Source of the DNA: a bacterium
GTDB lineage: Bacteria > SZUA-182 > DTGQ01 > JBLIRR01
Reading direction: 5' to 3'
Assembly: GCA_049472395.1 (NCBI GenBank)
Contig: JBLIRR010000001.1
Span: forward strand, 197,940-261,939
DNA length: 64,000 nt
The number at the start of each line of letters is the position of its first letter. The stretch's first letter is position 1. Under the pieces are notes generated by a model. It did not search any database. It was not told where the DNA came from and saw only the letters and a program-made list of their open reading frames with translations. Of the stretch, positions 41,026 through 51,052 are shown piece by piece. A program made the position numbers and the translations under genes.

Positions 41026-41535
41026 TTAGGTTTTATATCTATCAATTATATTTCCCACCTTCTCAGGAGTAAGTTTTCCATAGTAGGTATCATTTATAAG
41101 GGCGACCGGAGCAAGGGCGCAGGTTCCGAGGCACGCTACCGTCTCAAATGCAAATTTCATGTCAGCCGTTGTTTCCCCATCTTTTATTCCTAGCAGCTCC
41201 TCAAAAGCATCGACAACTTCCTTCCCTCCTCTTACATGACATGCTGTCCCGCGACACATTCTTATTATATATTTACCCCTGGGCTCAGTATGAAATTGTG
41301 CATAAAAACTTATCACGCCGTATATTCTGCTTGAAGAAATATCCAGCTTCTCAGAAAGAAAAAACACAACCTCAGGCGGAAGGTATCCGAATATACCCTG
41401 GGCTTTTTGCAAAACCGGTATCAAATTCCCCTCTTTCCCCTTATACTCAGCAACCACGCTTTCCAATGCACTCCGCTTTCCAGATTCTTTTATGGGACTG
41501 TCCGCTCTCTTCACGCCCTTTTTCTCATCCCCCAT
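41026..41535 (-). CDS. NuoE-like [2Fe-2S] subunit
   Basis: CRGTAC...C...CLGTC thioredoxin-like ferredoxin pattern, 169 aa. Confidence 0.8.
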   Translation of the reverse strand: MGDEKKGVKRADSPIKESGKRSALESVVAEYKGKEGNLIPVLQKAQGIFGYLPPEVVFFLSEKLDISSSRIYGVISFYAQFHTEPRGKYIIRMCRGTACHVRGGKEVVDAFEELLGIKDGETTADMKFAFETVACLGTCALAPVALINDTYYGKLTPEKVGNIIDRYKT

Positions 41536-41550
41536 ACTTTGTTCTCCTTA

Positions 41551-43758
41551 TTACATAAGAGGGGGTAAATTAAGTGCAGGATGATTCACTTTTTGCATAA
41601 ACTCCATGACCTCTTCCTCTGTAGAGCCCACATCCTCATCAGCAATCTTTGAGAGAAAATCATCCGCACCAAGTTCTTTACCACGTGCATCTATCATGGC
41701 GCCTATTTCCTCTTTGAGGCATTTGGGCACCCATGCTAAGCGGAGTATACCGCCTTCTGCTGATATAAATTTTTTACTGCCGATATAGTGCTTACTATGA
41801 CCCACAAAACCTGGAGTCTGTAATCCTCCACCAACAGAGCCAGCCAATGTAGAAAATTTCATCCCGACTGGTGTCATGCCTGCATACTCCCTGTTTACTG
41901 TCATTACTGCATTGGCCATTGGCAAAAGGCCGGAAATACATTCAAAACAGCCACAAGAGGTCATGGGGTCTTCCATCATGCTATATGCATTAAAGCGTTC
42001 CAGGGTATGTCTCGACGCAGTGTAGAGAAACTCATTCACTCCCTGCCATTGCCCTTTTTTCTCATCAACCGTCGAGCCCTTCTTTATCGGTTGATTAGGT
42101 CCTGTGGGATCAATTTGATGAGCAGCCTTTCCATCGAGCCAGTTATAGGCACCACATAGTCCGCTTCGTTCAGGGGTAATAACGCACACATGATTCGGGG
42201 CGAAAGATTGACACAAGGTGCAAGAATAATATGTATCAACACCCTCATCGGTCAGGTTACTGATTCTGTCATCACGATGATGGTACGCAGCCCTGGCCTC
42301 TTTCCGGGCCTTGAGTACATCCTCCTCCTTGGTATATATAGTCACCGCCACCTTATCAAGGATAGCAGCATAATCCCCATGAAGTTTTGCATGAAGAATA
42401 TCACCCAGATGATGAAGTTTAAATCCTTTTTTAACCGCCTCTTTCCCTATCCTGATCCAGCTTATGTCCCTTTGCCCCATGTGGAATACTCCCTGGGCCT
42501 CATTAAAAAATCGGTGAACCTGGCGCTCAAGAATCGGCTCAAAATCCTCTTGCATCTTCCTGCCGGCCACCTCGACCACAACCCCTAACGGCAGGCGGGA
42601 ACCTTCGGATATATCATCAATCTCAGGACCTATGATTTTAATATACCCATCCTCAACCTCTTTCATATCTTTCATGCGCACATATTCAAATGCAGGGGTT
42701 TTCTGACCTCCCATCTCAACATAGGTATCCTCTTTTCGTATACGCTCACCTTCAAATGCCGGGCCATAAGCCACGGGTACCGGGACCTCGGTTATTGTAA
42801 TTTTTAAACCACGAACCTCAATCGCCTTGGCAACCATCTCATCGTGAGGAATGTTTGATACTACATGTTCATACGTGCACACACCAGTAGGGAGAATCTG
42901 AGGTATATCAGTATCGGCAATGGTTGGAAAACCATAATTAATAGCACCGGCAGCCTGGGCATATTTCTCATCATCGACCTCTCCAAGCGCCAATACAAAA
43001 GCAAATATCCTATCTTTATTATAATGCAGGATCTTTTTAAAATCGCCACCCTTGGCCCCGCCAAAGGACATGGCTGCTCTTGTGGCAAAACCTATGGCAA
43101 ACACAGCAGCAGTAATATCTTTGCCAAAGGGTACAAGCCGGGTCTCCCAGCCCATCTGCACTCCCTCTTCCGCTAATTGTTCTGCCATGGTTTTCCCATG
43201 GGTCTCTCCGGCCATAAATACATAGAGATTTTTCTGTTGGAGCTCCCGTGCTATCATAACGGCGATCTCATTGGTGGGAGCTGCCCCTACACATGCAGCA
43301 AACCCAGGGGCAGAGCCATCGACAAACTCAATTCCTCTTTTTCTCATAATAATATCATCTGCCGCCCCAAGCCAGATAGGCCCTCCTTCCGGACAATTTT
43401 CCGTAATACTGTAAGGAACCGGGTCGTCAAGATACTTTATACACTCTATTACCTCATCAGCAAATAACGTTCCCATGCCTGCGTCAAGGCCTTTGCCCAA
43501 ATAAGGAAGCCACACGTGCTCACTCGGCACCTCGGGCAGCAGTCCTCTAATGATTGTCATGACGGGTTTCAAATCCCCTAGCGTCTCCACCTTAAGACCC
43601 AATATTCCATATATAATAGGCAGATAATAACCGGTATTGGGCAGCTCAACTTTCTGGTCCGGCCCGAATTTATCAATCGCCTCATTTAAGGCTTTCTCTG
43701 CTCTATTTGCAATTTTATGGGCACCTCGTATAACTCCTGAAAGAATAATCTTAGACAT
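41551..43758 (-). CDS. acsB: acetyl-CoA synthase (CODH/ACS complex ACS subunit; A-cluster protein)
   Basis: CTLCQSFAPNHVC and A-cluster CGCFECI (Cys-Gly-Cys) motifs. 735 aa. Confidence 0.9.
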   Translation of the reverse strand: MSKIILSGVIRGAHKIANRAEKALNEAIDKFGPDQKVELPNTGYYLPIIYGILGLKVETLGDLKPVMTIIRGLLPEVPSEHVWLPYLGKGLDAGMGTLFADEVIECIKYLDDPVPYSITENCPEGGPIWLGAADDIIMRKRGIEFVDGSAPGFAACVGAAPTNEIAVMIARELQQKNLYVFMAGETHGKTMAEQLAEEGVQMGWETRLVPFGKDITAAVFAIGFATRAAMSFGGAKGGDFKKILHYNKDRIFAFVLALGEVDDEKYAQAAGAINYGFPTIADTDIPQILPTGVCTYEHVVSNIPHDEMVAKAIEVRGLKITITEVPVPVAYGPAFEGERIRKEDTYVEMGGQKTPAFEYVRMKDMKEVEDGYIKIIGPEIDDISEGSRLPLGVVVEVAGRKMQEDFEPILERQVHRFFNEAQGVFHMGQRDISWIRIGKEAVKKGFKLHHLGDILHAKLHGDYAAILDKVAVTIYTKEEDVLKARKEARAAYHHRDDRISNLTDEGVDTYYSCTLCQSFAPNHVCVITPERSGLCGAYNWLDGKAAHQIDPTGPNQPIKKGSTVDEKKGQWQGVNEFLYTASRHTLERFNAYSMMEDPMTSCGCFECISGLLPMANAVMTVNREYAGMTPVGMKFSTLAGSVGGGLQTPGFVGHSKHYIGSKKFISAEGGILRLAWVPKCLKEEIGAMIDARGKELGADDFLSKIADEDVGSTEEEVMEFMQKVNHPALNLPPLM

Positions 43759-45694
43759 TTTCTAATTCCCTCCTTTTTGCCATATCAAATAGAACACGTT
43801 CTCTCTTCTCCTTAATTCCGAGAGCCTCTCTCTTTTGGTTTATATGGTCGATCATTAATTGTGCCATTTTATAAGGATCTGCTTCTACTGCCCAGGAGCC
43901 CCCCAATTCTTCACTCAATTCCTTGAATAGGTGCTCTTTAAAAAGCTTACTCCCTTCTACCGGAAGCCCAATACCAAAGACGGTGAATACTCCGCTTGCC
44001 ACAAAATACTGGCCAATTGCTATGGCTTTCTCGCTCATCCATTCAGGAGCCGCACCAGCTACAGGAAGCTCGCTTATATCATTGCCAAGCCCACCCTCAG
44101 CTACCATATTACACGCGGCAATTAAGATTCTGCTATTATCTACGCAGGAGCCGGCATGAAGCACCGGTGGCATACCTACTGCTTCACACACCTCACGAAG
44201 GCCCGTGCCTGCATATTTTATAGCCTCCGGAATCATCAAGCCATCTTTTGCGCAGGCAATAGCTGAGCATCCTGTCTGAACAACAAGGACGTCGTTTTTG
44301 ATTAACTCGCGCACTAATATCGTATGAATTGTATCGTAGCTTACTTTTGGATTATTACATCCGACAACACCGGCTACTCCCCGTATTCTTCCATCAATAA
44401 TGGCGTCATTGAGCGGTCGGTAGGATGAACGAAAACGCCCGCCTAACATGTAATTGATTGTCTCATGACTAAAACCGGCGACGAGGTCCATACTATCTTT
44501 CGGGATAATAACTTTACCCCGTTTGGGATAATTTTCAATTGCCCTTTTGATGATTTCTTTAGCAGTCGTCACAGGATCATGTTCCTCAAATTGAATATGC
44601 ACAGCGCCCTCCATATGGGCCCTTTCATTGGTGGTTATAATCTCGGTATGAAAACATCCTGCAACAGTGGGAAGTGATTGCATAATACATTGAACATCAA
44701 CAATCATGGCTTCTACTGCTCCGGTCATGATAGCAAGCTCTTGCTGCAGGAAGTTCCCTGCAATCGGTATACCATGGCGCATAAGTATCTCGTTGGCGGT
44801 ACAGCAAATCCCCGAAATATTTATGCCTTTTGCACCCTTTGATTTGGCAAGATCAAGCATCCCCTTATCCTGTGCTACCATGACAATCATTTCTGATAAA
44901 AGAGGCTCATGCCCATGAACAATAATATTTACCTCGTCTTTCTTGAGTACTCCAAGATTCACCTTGGCCCGTAAGGGTTCAGGGGTCTTAAACAGGATAT
45001 CCTGAAGCTCTGTGGCAATCATTGAACCTCCCCACCCATCAGCAAGGGCTGCTCGTGAACCCTGCCGCATAATACTCTTATAATCCTGATCAACACCCAT
45101 ATGCGTCCGGTGAAGACATTCGACAATTTCCCTATCAACACCGCGGGGAGATACCCCAAGATTTTCCCAAATCTCCTGTCTCGCCTTGGGCGCTCTTTTC
45201 AAGAACCTAAGCATGCCCTCTTGACGCCCAAATTCAGCAAGGGCTATTGTGCCAACCTCTTGCGCTATCTGATTTTTGTCCTTTCCCTCGGTTTTTATCC
45301 CCCATTCCTCTGCTATGGCCATTAATTTGGCTTCATCCTTAATCTCATACCCCGGGACTTTCCCTTGCGCCGTTGCCAAAAAGGTCTGCGCCACCCCTCG
45401 GCCATGATCCGAATGAGATGCGGCACCAGCTGCTATCATTCTAAGAAAATTTCGAGCTGCTATCGTTTCCGCTGTTGCTCCGCATACGCCTTTTGATGCA
45501 CCCTCTCCAAAAGGATCTATACGGCATGGGCCCATAAAACAGATCCTGCAACAAATCCCAAGTTCTCCAAAACCACACGAGGGGGATTGATCATTATGCC
45601 TGTCCCATAGCGTAAATATCGACTTTTCTTTAGCTTGTTTTATCATCTCTAAAGAAGTCTTACACTTAGTAATTTTGTTCTCACTATCTCTCAT
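43751..45694 (-). CDS. acsA: anaerobic carbon-monoxide dehydrogenase catalytic subunit
   Basis: N-terminal CGFGELGICCRICFMGPCRI B/D-cluster motifs and C-cluster ligands. 647 aa. It overlaps acsB by 8 nt. Confidence 0.9.
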   Translation of the reverse strand: MRDSENKITKCKTSLEMIKQAKEKSIFTLWDRHNDQSPSCGFGELGICCRICFMGPCRIDPFGEGASKGVCGATAETIAARNFLRMIAAGAASHSDHGRGVAQTFLATAQGKVPGYEIKDEAKLMAIAEEWGIKTEGKDKNQIAQEVGTIALAEFGRQEGMLRFLKRAPKARQEIWENLGVSPRGVDREIVECLHRTHMGVDQDYKSIMRQGSRAALADGWGGSMIATELQDILFKTPEPLRAKVNLGVLKKDEVNIIVHGHEPLLSEMIVMVAQDKGMLDLAKSKGAKGINISGICCTANEILMRHGIPIAGNFLQQELAIMTGAVEAMIVDVQCIMQSLPTVAGCFHTEIITTNERAHMEGAVHIQFEEHDPVTTAKEIIKRAIENYPKRGKVIIPKDSMDLVAGFSHETINYMLGGRFRSSYRPLNDAIIDGRIRGVAGVVGCNNPKVSYDTIHTILVRELIKNDVLVVQTGCSAIACAKDGLMIPEAIKYAGTGLREVCEAVGMPPVLHAGSCVDNSRILIAACNMVAEGGLGNDISELPVAGAAPEWMSEKAIAIGQYFVASGVFTVFGIGLPVEGSKLFKEHLFKELSEELGGSWAVEADPYKMAQLMIDHINQKREALGIKEKRERVLFDMAKRRELENV

Positions 45695-45837
45695 TCACCA
45701 TTCTCCTTTGGCTTATCGTTCCCTTTACTCATTCGTTTCTTAAAAATCCGCTCCCATAATCATCTTGATTGTATAATAATTCAACTTTATAACCGGGGTT
45801 CTCATGTAAACGGATTTTTTAAGGCTCCTATCGTACT

Positions 45838-47190
45838 CTAAGAGGCGACATTATAAGACCGCAAAAACTTAGGAATATTGACCGCCTCTCTCGGCCCTAC
45901 CTGTATTTTCCAGCCAGGCAACTCTTCTTCGATCTCCCCTGACAATATGGCTACATAGCCCGGAATCACAAGTTCGCGATGTTTCAAATGCCCTTCCATA
46001 TTATTATTTTTTACTAACTTAGCTATCTTCGGCGCATTAAACTTATCCGCTGCCCAGGCAGTGAGCACTGACATGCCTTCACAATCAGCAACAAGCATCC
46101 ATGACGGCACTTTGCTCTCCTCTACTTCCCCCAACACAATAAAATAGGTAAGTGAAAAATTTGTCGTAATAAGAAGGGGTGAGTTTTCATCCGCATCGCC
46201 TATCTTATAAAGCTTTTCCTCAACTTGCATCGGCTGTTGCGGATCGGTAAAAATATTTTGCCTCACTGTAAATAAGGGAAGAAGTACTTCCTTTGACACA
46301 TCATCGATCACTACTATTGAGGCATACTTAAGAATTCCTATGCATGCACGCGCAGTGGCAAGGTCCGCATCATCAGTGTCTTCTGACGCCCACGCGATAG
46401 TGGGATACCCTAAGGCTTTAAATTTCTGTTTAATAGCGGCCCGTCGTATCTGAGTCATATCAGAAAGCTGGCTACCAGCCTTTCTGCCGCCGGAATCCAA
46501 AACTAAATCCTCTACACCAAGGGAAGCTGCCTTTTCTGCTAACGCGGCTAAAGCCTCGAGCCCTTCCGCTTTTATAACAAGAGGGCACCCCTTTGATTTC
46601 GCAAGACTCGCCATAGCATCAATAGATTGCTCTGTTGCCGCATAGAGCAGTGGCTTTCTCTCAGCGACAATTTCCAACCCAGCTTCTATTACTTTGTTAT
46701 CAGGTGCCGACAGGATCAGCGGCTTCTTGGTCTTTTCTGCGACCTGTTTCACCATTTGTTGATACTTTTGGGGATCTTGTGAGCATGATGTTAAGCAGAG
46801 CATTTCTACCCGCAACTTTTGGCCTACACGCTCAATTTCCGAATCCTCAACAGCCTGCACTTTTCTCTCAATCTCCTCGCGTGAGGACGTATCCTCAATA
46901 TTTGCCGCAAGGATTGTCGGGTGGTTGAATTTTTTTTCATGCCGAAAAAGAACCGTCTCATCACCAATCTCAACTGCTTCTTCGCCCTGACCAAGCTTAA
47001 TTAAACGAATGGGCGGCGCTGATGCTGCGCCCAAAAACTGCGTGGCTTCATCCGATACATAGGGACAATCACTCAGCTTTGCCTGGGCTGATGCGAGTCT
47101 CATGGCAAACGCAAGGCATGTAGGAAAATGACACTCCCCGCAATTTTTTTTCGGTAAATATTTAAAAATCTGGATACCAGTCAATGCCAT
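45838..47190 (-). CDS. acsC: corrinoid iron-sulfur protein large subunit
   Basis: N-terminal CGECHFPTC...C [4Fe-4S] motif followed by a TIM-barrel and a B12-binding-like region. Confidence 0.85.
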   Translation of the reverse strand: MALTGIQIFKYLPKKNCGECHFPTCLAFAMRLASAQAKLSDCPYVSDEATQFLGAASAPPIRLIKLGQGEEAVEIGDETVLFRHEKKFNHPTILAANIEDTSSREEIERKVQAVEDSEIERVGQKLRVEMLCLTSCSQDPQKYQQMVKQVAEKTKKPLILSAPDNKVIEAGLEIVAERKPLLYAATEQSIDAMASLAKSKGCPLVIKAEGLEALAALAEKAASLGVEDLVLDSGGRKAGSQLSDMTQIRRAAIKQKFKALGYPTIAWASEDTDDADLATARACIGILKYASIVVIDDVSKEVLLPLFTVRQNIFTDPQQPMQVEEKLYKIGDADENSPLLITTNFSLTYFIVLGEVEESKVPSWMLVADCEGMSVLTAWAADKFNAPKIAKLVKNNNMEGHLKHRELVIPGYVAILSGEIEEELPGWKIQVGPREAVNIPKFLRSYNVAS

Positions 47191-47240
47191 CTGTTTTTCT
47201 CCTCTACGTTCTTTATTTTATATTAATATCATACGTGTAT

Positions 47241-48182
47241 TTATAAATCAGCGAGGAGCTTTTTTACCACTCCCATTGCCTTGGGATGCCGCATAATGAG
47301 AAGATCCGATCCCGCCATCAAAAAGGCATTTGCCGTCATTGCTTCCCACATATACCCCCTGCGGCCAAGGTCTCCCCATTTCGGCTGCTCCTCTTGCGTT
47401 GCTCTTGTCTCTTTTATCTTCCAGGTCGTTATACAAATATCTGAAATAATAGGTGTTTGCATCATGGTATCACTTTGCAGCAAGGCAGCCATACGAATAC
47501 GTTCCATTACAGAGTATGTATACTCCAATCCGTAGCCAACCGTACTTGACATCGGATCAACAAGAATATTACTCACGTCAAATCCCGCTTGCGTTAACAA
47601 GATATTAAGCTGCTTGCACAGATTTATATCAAGATCCGAGACAGCCACTAATTTAAGGTTATACGCATTGGCCATGGCTGCAAATGTTTTATAATTCTTC
47701 TCTTGTGCTTTTCCAATAATCGAGTTGGTATTTACAAGAGCCTCCGATACTACCTTAAATACTTCAGCATCTTTTTCCACACTATTGGTCCCAAAAACCA
47801 TTAAAGGAATATTAATGGCTGCTTTTACCGCTTCAACCGTCTTTCTCGCCTCTTCCGGCGAACGATTCCCCTCATCGGGATGTGTTCCCAGCAAACGAAG
47901 GCATATCATATCCGCCTTTAATTCATCCTGACAATATGTGGCCCATCTGACAGGATCATTTATCACTCCTTCAGGATATTGAGATGAAACTTCAGTGGAA
48001 AAACCTTCAGGCAAAGTATCTGCTATCTCCATTGCAATAGGGATCTTCGGATTGGGTTTCCCCTCAAAAGAGAGAAAGGGCAATACTTCCGAGCCACCTA
48101 TAGTGCATGCATGATCACCCTGCCCAACCTCAATTTGATTAATTTTTCCATTATACATTTCTTTTGGTATACTAAAGGGCAT
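47241..48182 (-). CDS. acsD: corrinoid iron-sulfur protein small subunit
   Basis: 313-aa TIM-barrel protein adjacent to acsC, with conserved context. Confidence 0.75.
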   Translation of the reverse strand: MPFSIPKEMYNGKINQIEVGQGDHACTIGGSEVLPFLSFEGKPNPKIPIAMEIADTLPEGFSTEVSSQYPEGVINDPVRWATYCQDELKADMICLRLLGTHPDEGNRSPEEARKTVEAVKAAINIPLMVFGTNSVEKDAEVFKVVSEALVNTNSIIGKAQEKNYKTFAAMANAYNLKLVAVSDLDINLCKQLNILLTQAGFDVSNILVDPMSSTVGYGLEYTYSVMERIRMAALLQSDTMMQTPIISDICITTWKIKETRATQEEQPKWGDLGRRGYMWEAMTANAFLMAGSDLLIMRHPKAMGVVKKLLADL

Positions 48183-48212
48183 AATAGACTCCTTTTCTCC
48201 GGTTTACATTTT

Positions 48213-48992
48213 TTATTCTAAATACGAATGACAATATAATGTTTTATTTTGAATACAATCAACTGTTCTGATTGTCTTCATCATCATTTCATCCAAGGGA
48301 TCGATAATTGCAGCATCCAAGCCCACAGTCATCGCCATAGCAGCAAAAACACTATTAATAAGAGGGCGAAGATGCTCGGGACATCCGTTAGAGATATTAC
48401 TCAATCCGATTACGCTTTTCATGGGAGGATCATTCAATTCTTTAAACATCTGAATTGACTCAAATATTGCCGGAACCTGCTCCTGCTGACCATTAATGGG
48501 AATCATTATGGGATCAAGATAAATATTCTCTAACGGCACATTATATTCTGCGGCTGCCGCCATAATATCAGCAGCCAGGGCGCATCTCTCAGCACCATCG
48601 CGCGGCAGACCTCCCTTCGCTAAAGTAAGGGCAATGATATCACAATTATATTTCTGCGCAAGCGGCATAAATGCCGCAAGCCGTTCAGGCTCTGCAGATG
48701 TAGAGTTAATCATGGCCTTTTTATTACACACACGCAGACCTGCTTCCATCGCATCAACATTAGTTGTATCAAGACATAATGGCACATCAACCGCTTCCTG
48801 GAGATTTTTGACCATCCAGGTCATTAAATCCGGCCCATCCTTCCTCGCAGGTCCGATATTCACATCCAAAATATTCGCTCCTGCCTTTACTTGCTTCTCT
48901 GCAAAATCTTTTATTGGACCAAAGTCCCTTTGTTGCATCGCATCACGGATAATATTTGTTCTCACATTTATTCTCTCACCTATAACCAGCAT
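48213..48992 (-). CDS. acsE: methyltetrahydrofolate:corrinoid/iron-sulfur protein methyltransferase
   Basis: Pterin-binding domain (GERINV...GANILDVN) and the 259-aa length typical of AcsE. Confidence 0.85.
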   Translation of the reverse strand: MLVIGERINVRTNIIRDAMQQRDFGPIKDFAEKQVKAGANILDVNIGPARKDGPDLMTWMVKNLQEAVDVPLCLDTTNVDAMEAGLRVCNKKAMINSTSAEPERLAAFMPLAQKYNCDIIALTLAKGGLPRDGAERCALAADIMAAAAEYNVPLENIYLDPIMIPINGQQEQVPAIFESIQMFKELNDPPMKSVIGLSNISNGCPEHLRPLINSVFAAMAMTVGLDAAIIDPLDEMMMKTIRTVDCIQNKTLYCHSYLE

Positions 48993-49026
48993 ATCTTCTC
49001 CTTTCTATCACATTTATAAAAATATA

Positions 49027-49785
49027 TTAAAGCGTTAAAGTCTCGAATATCTTTGAAGAAGCGGTCACAGCGGGGCATTCTTCCGGAAGATCAATGAGAG
49101 GTTTCCCCTCTATGTCATACTTTTCCACTATTCGATCGTGCGGAATACTTCCGATAAACTCTACCCTCAACTGAGCAATAGCCGCATTGACCGCGCTTAC
49201 GTCAGCCGGCCCGTTAACCCGGGAAAGCACTAATGTTTTTCTTTTCACCTCAAGATTAAGCTCATCACATAACTCTTTAATACGCCCAACCGTTCTCAAG
49301 CCCCGCATATTCGCATCTGAGGTAATTATCATAAGATCTATATTTTGTGTTGTTCTTCTGCTTAAATGTTCTAATCCCGCTTCATTATCCATCACTTCAT
49401 AGGGATAATTTATGCCTATCTTGTCCGCATATTTTCTAATCAAATGATTGGCATAACAATAGCAGCCAGGACCCTCCGGCCTTCCCATACTCATGAGATC
49501 AAAGCCCTCTGCTTCAACAACACATTGATGAATCCTCATTTCAATATATTGCTCTTTTGGCATGCCCGCAGGAAGTTTATTGACTTCATCCATTGACTTT
49601 TCCCGCAAATGCCCCACTGTCATAGGTATTTCGACTCCCAATACCTCATGTAAATTTGCATTGGCGTCAGCATCTATAGCGAGGATCGGCGTTTTTCCTT
49701 TTTTTATTAAATATCGTATTATCAAAGCAGCCAAGGTGGTCTTCCCTGTACCCCCTTTGCCCGCTAATGCTATTGTATATGCCAT
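49027..49785 (-). CDS. cooC: CODH nickel-insertion accessory ATPase CooC/AcsF
   Basis: Deviant Walker A GKGGTGKTT at the N-terminus, MinD/ParA-like. 252 aa. Confidence 0.85.
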   Translation of the reverse strand: MAYTIALAGKGGTGKTTLAALIIRYLIKKGKTPILAIDADANANLHEVLGVEIPMTVGHLREKSMDEVNKLPAGMPKEQYIEMRIHQCVVEAEGFDLMSMGRPEGPGCYCYANHLIRKYADKIGINYPYEVMDNEAGLEHLSRRTTQNIDLMIITSDANMRGLRTVGRIKELCDELNLEVKRKTLVLSRVNGPADVSAVNAAIAQLRVEFIGSIPHDRIVEKYDIEGKPLIDLPEECPAVTASSKIFETLTL

Positions 49786-49804
49786 AATAATGTGAAGTAA
49801 AAAA

Positions 49805-49900
49805 ACAGCGTTATATTGCTAGTGTTAATTGCTCATTTATATAGGGATAAGACTGTATGCTTACTGAATTATTTATTTTAGCACAGCGTTATATTGCTGT
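49805..49900. promoter_or_regulatory. two copies of a 16-nt motif ACAGCGTTATATTGCT upstream of cooC-acs; the distal copy is a perfect ACAGC-N8-GCTGT palindrome
   Basis: Perfect 16-nt direct repeat at 49805-49820 and 49883-49898. The second copy reads ACAGCgttatattGCTGT. Confidence 0.35.
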
Positions 49901-49942
49901 CAAATTACAGGAAATTAAGCCATAAATAGGACTGCTGATTCT

Positions 49943-51019
49943 TTATGGCTTCTCCTTCTTTATATTGGAATCTTTATCCTGTGCAACCGACACTGTCCCA
50001 TATAATTGGAGCAGCTCATTGATATCAGTGGTCTTTAAATCTATGCCCCCTTTGTCCCCCTGGGGAAGAAAAATAATTTTTTTATCCCTAAGCGTCTCCC
50101 ATAAGTTGATCTGCAATTTAACAAGACCTCCCTTGCTCGCCAAAGCCTTATTCATCTCGATTACGGCTTTTGATTCATTCTCTCCTTCTTTTTTTATTGC
50201 CTCGGCTATATTGAGCTTTGCTCTATAATAGGCATCCGCATCCAATTTTGCTTCCTTGAGCTTTCCTTCCCATTCTTCTTGAATTTGATTTACTTCCGCC
50301 TGGGCGTCCTGAAGCCATTCCTTGTTTTTTTCTTCCTGAGCTGCTCTGGCTTTAATCCACCGTTCCCTTTCCACCTCAGCGATCTTCTTATCCTCTATGG
50401 CTTGACGATAATTTGCATCTAAAAACTGAAAGGTTCCTGTGGAGACCCGTTCTACAATAATGCCATACTCTTTCAGTTCCTCATTCAAGATATCTTTTAC
50501 CTCCTCTGCCTTGCCCTCTTTTATCTTCGCAACATAAAACTCCTCGGTAGTCAGTTCTCCAAACATATCCCTCGGTCTTGAGCGGCCTATAGTCCTTAAG
50601 ATCATATCCCTTAATGCTTCATTGGAAGTGGCGACATTTTGCAGAATATAAACTACCTTCTGAGGATCTATTTTGTATTGGATAATCAAATCAAGGCTCA
50701 GCTCATTGCCGCCTTTTGTACGAAAAATCAAATCATCTTTGGCCCTGCGGTCCCCTTTTGATACATCGGCAACCATGACTATCTTTTGCAGGCTCTTATC
50801 AAAGGTAAACCAATCATTAATCAATGGCAGGAAAAAATAGGTCGCACCAGGAGCATATATTCTCTCTTCAATCCCTTTTTTAGCAAAAAAACCTATCTTC
50901 CTCACCCTTATGCCAACCTCAGTCGGCCCGGTAGAGTGGGGAATACACCCTGTACATAAAAAACTTAAAAACATCAGGCCTATGAGCCATACTCGACAGT
51001 TTTTCCTTTTCCCATTCAT
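49943..51019 (-). CDS. SPFH/band-7 domain membrane protein (HflC/prohibitin-like)
   Basis: N-terminal hydrophobic signal or anchor with Cys residues, an SPFH core and a C-terminal coiled coil (EEKNKEWLQDAQAEVNQIQEEWE). Confidence 0.7.
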   Translation of the reverse strand: MNGKRKNCRVWLIGLMFLSFLCTGCIPHSTGPTEVGIRVRKIGFFAKKGIEERIYAPGATYFFLPLINDWFTFDKSLQKIVMVADVSKGDRRAKDDLIFRTKGGNELSLDLIIQYKIDPQKVVYILQNVATSNEALRDMILRTIGRSRPRDMFGELTTEEFYVAKIKEGKAEEVKDILNEELKEYGIIVERVSTGTFQFLDANYRQAIEDKKIAEVERERWIKARAAQEEKNKEWLQDAQAEVNQIQEEWEGKLKEAKLDADAYYRAKLNIAEAIKKEGENESKAVIEMNKALASKGGLVKLQINLWETLRDKKIIFLPQGDKGGIDLKTTDINELLQLYGTVSVAQDKDSNIKKEKP

Positions 51020-51052
51020 TTTTATTCTCTCCTTACGACGCTCGTTGTCCTA

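Noticed and set aside
45695-45837. 143-nt gap between acsC and acsA, considered for an internal terminator.
   Set aside because: No hairpin followed by a T-run is apparent on the minus strand. It is more likely an internal promoter or processing region, mentioned under the operon finding.
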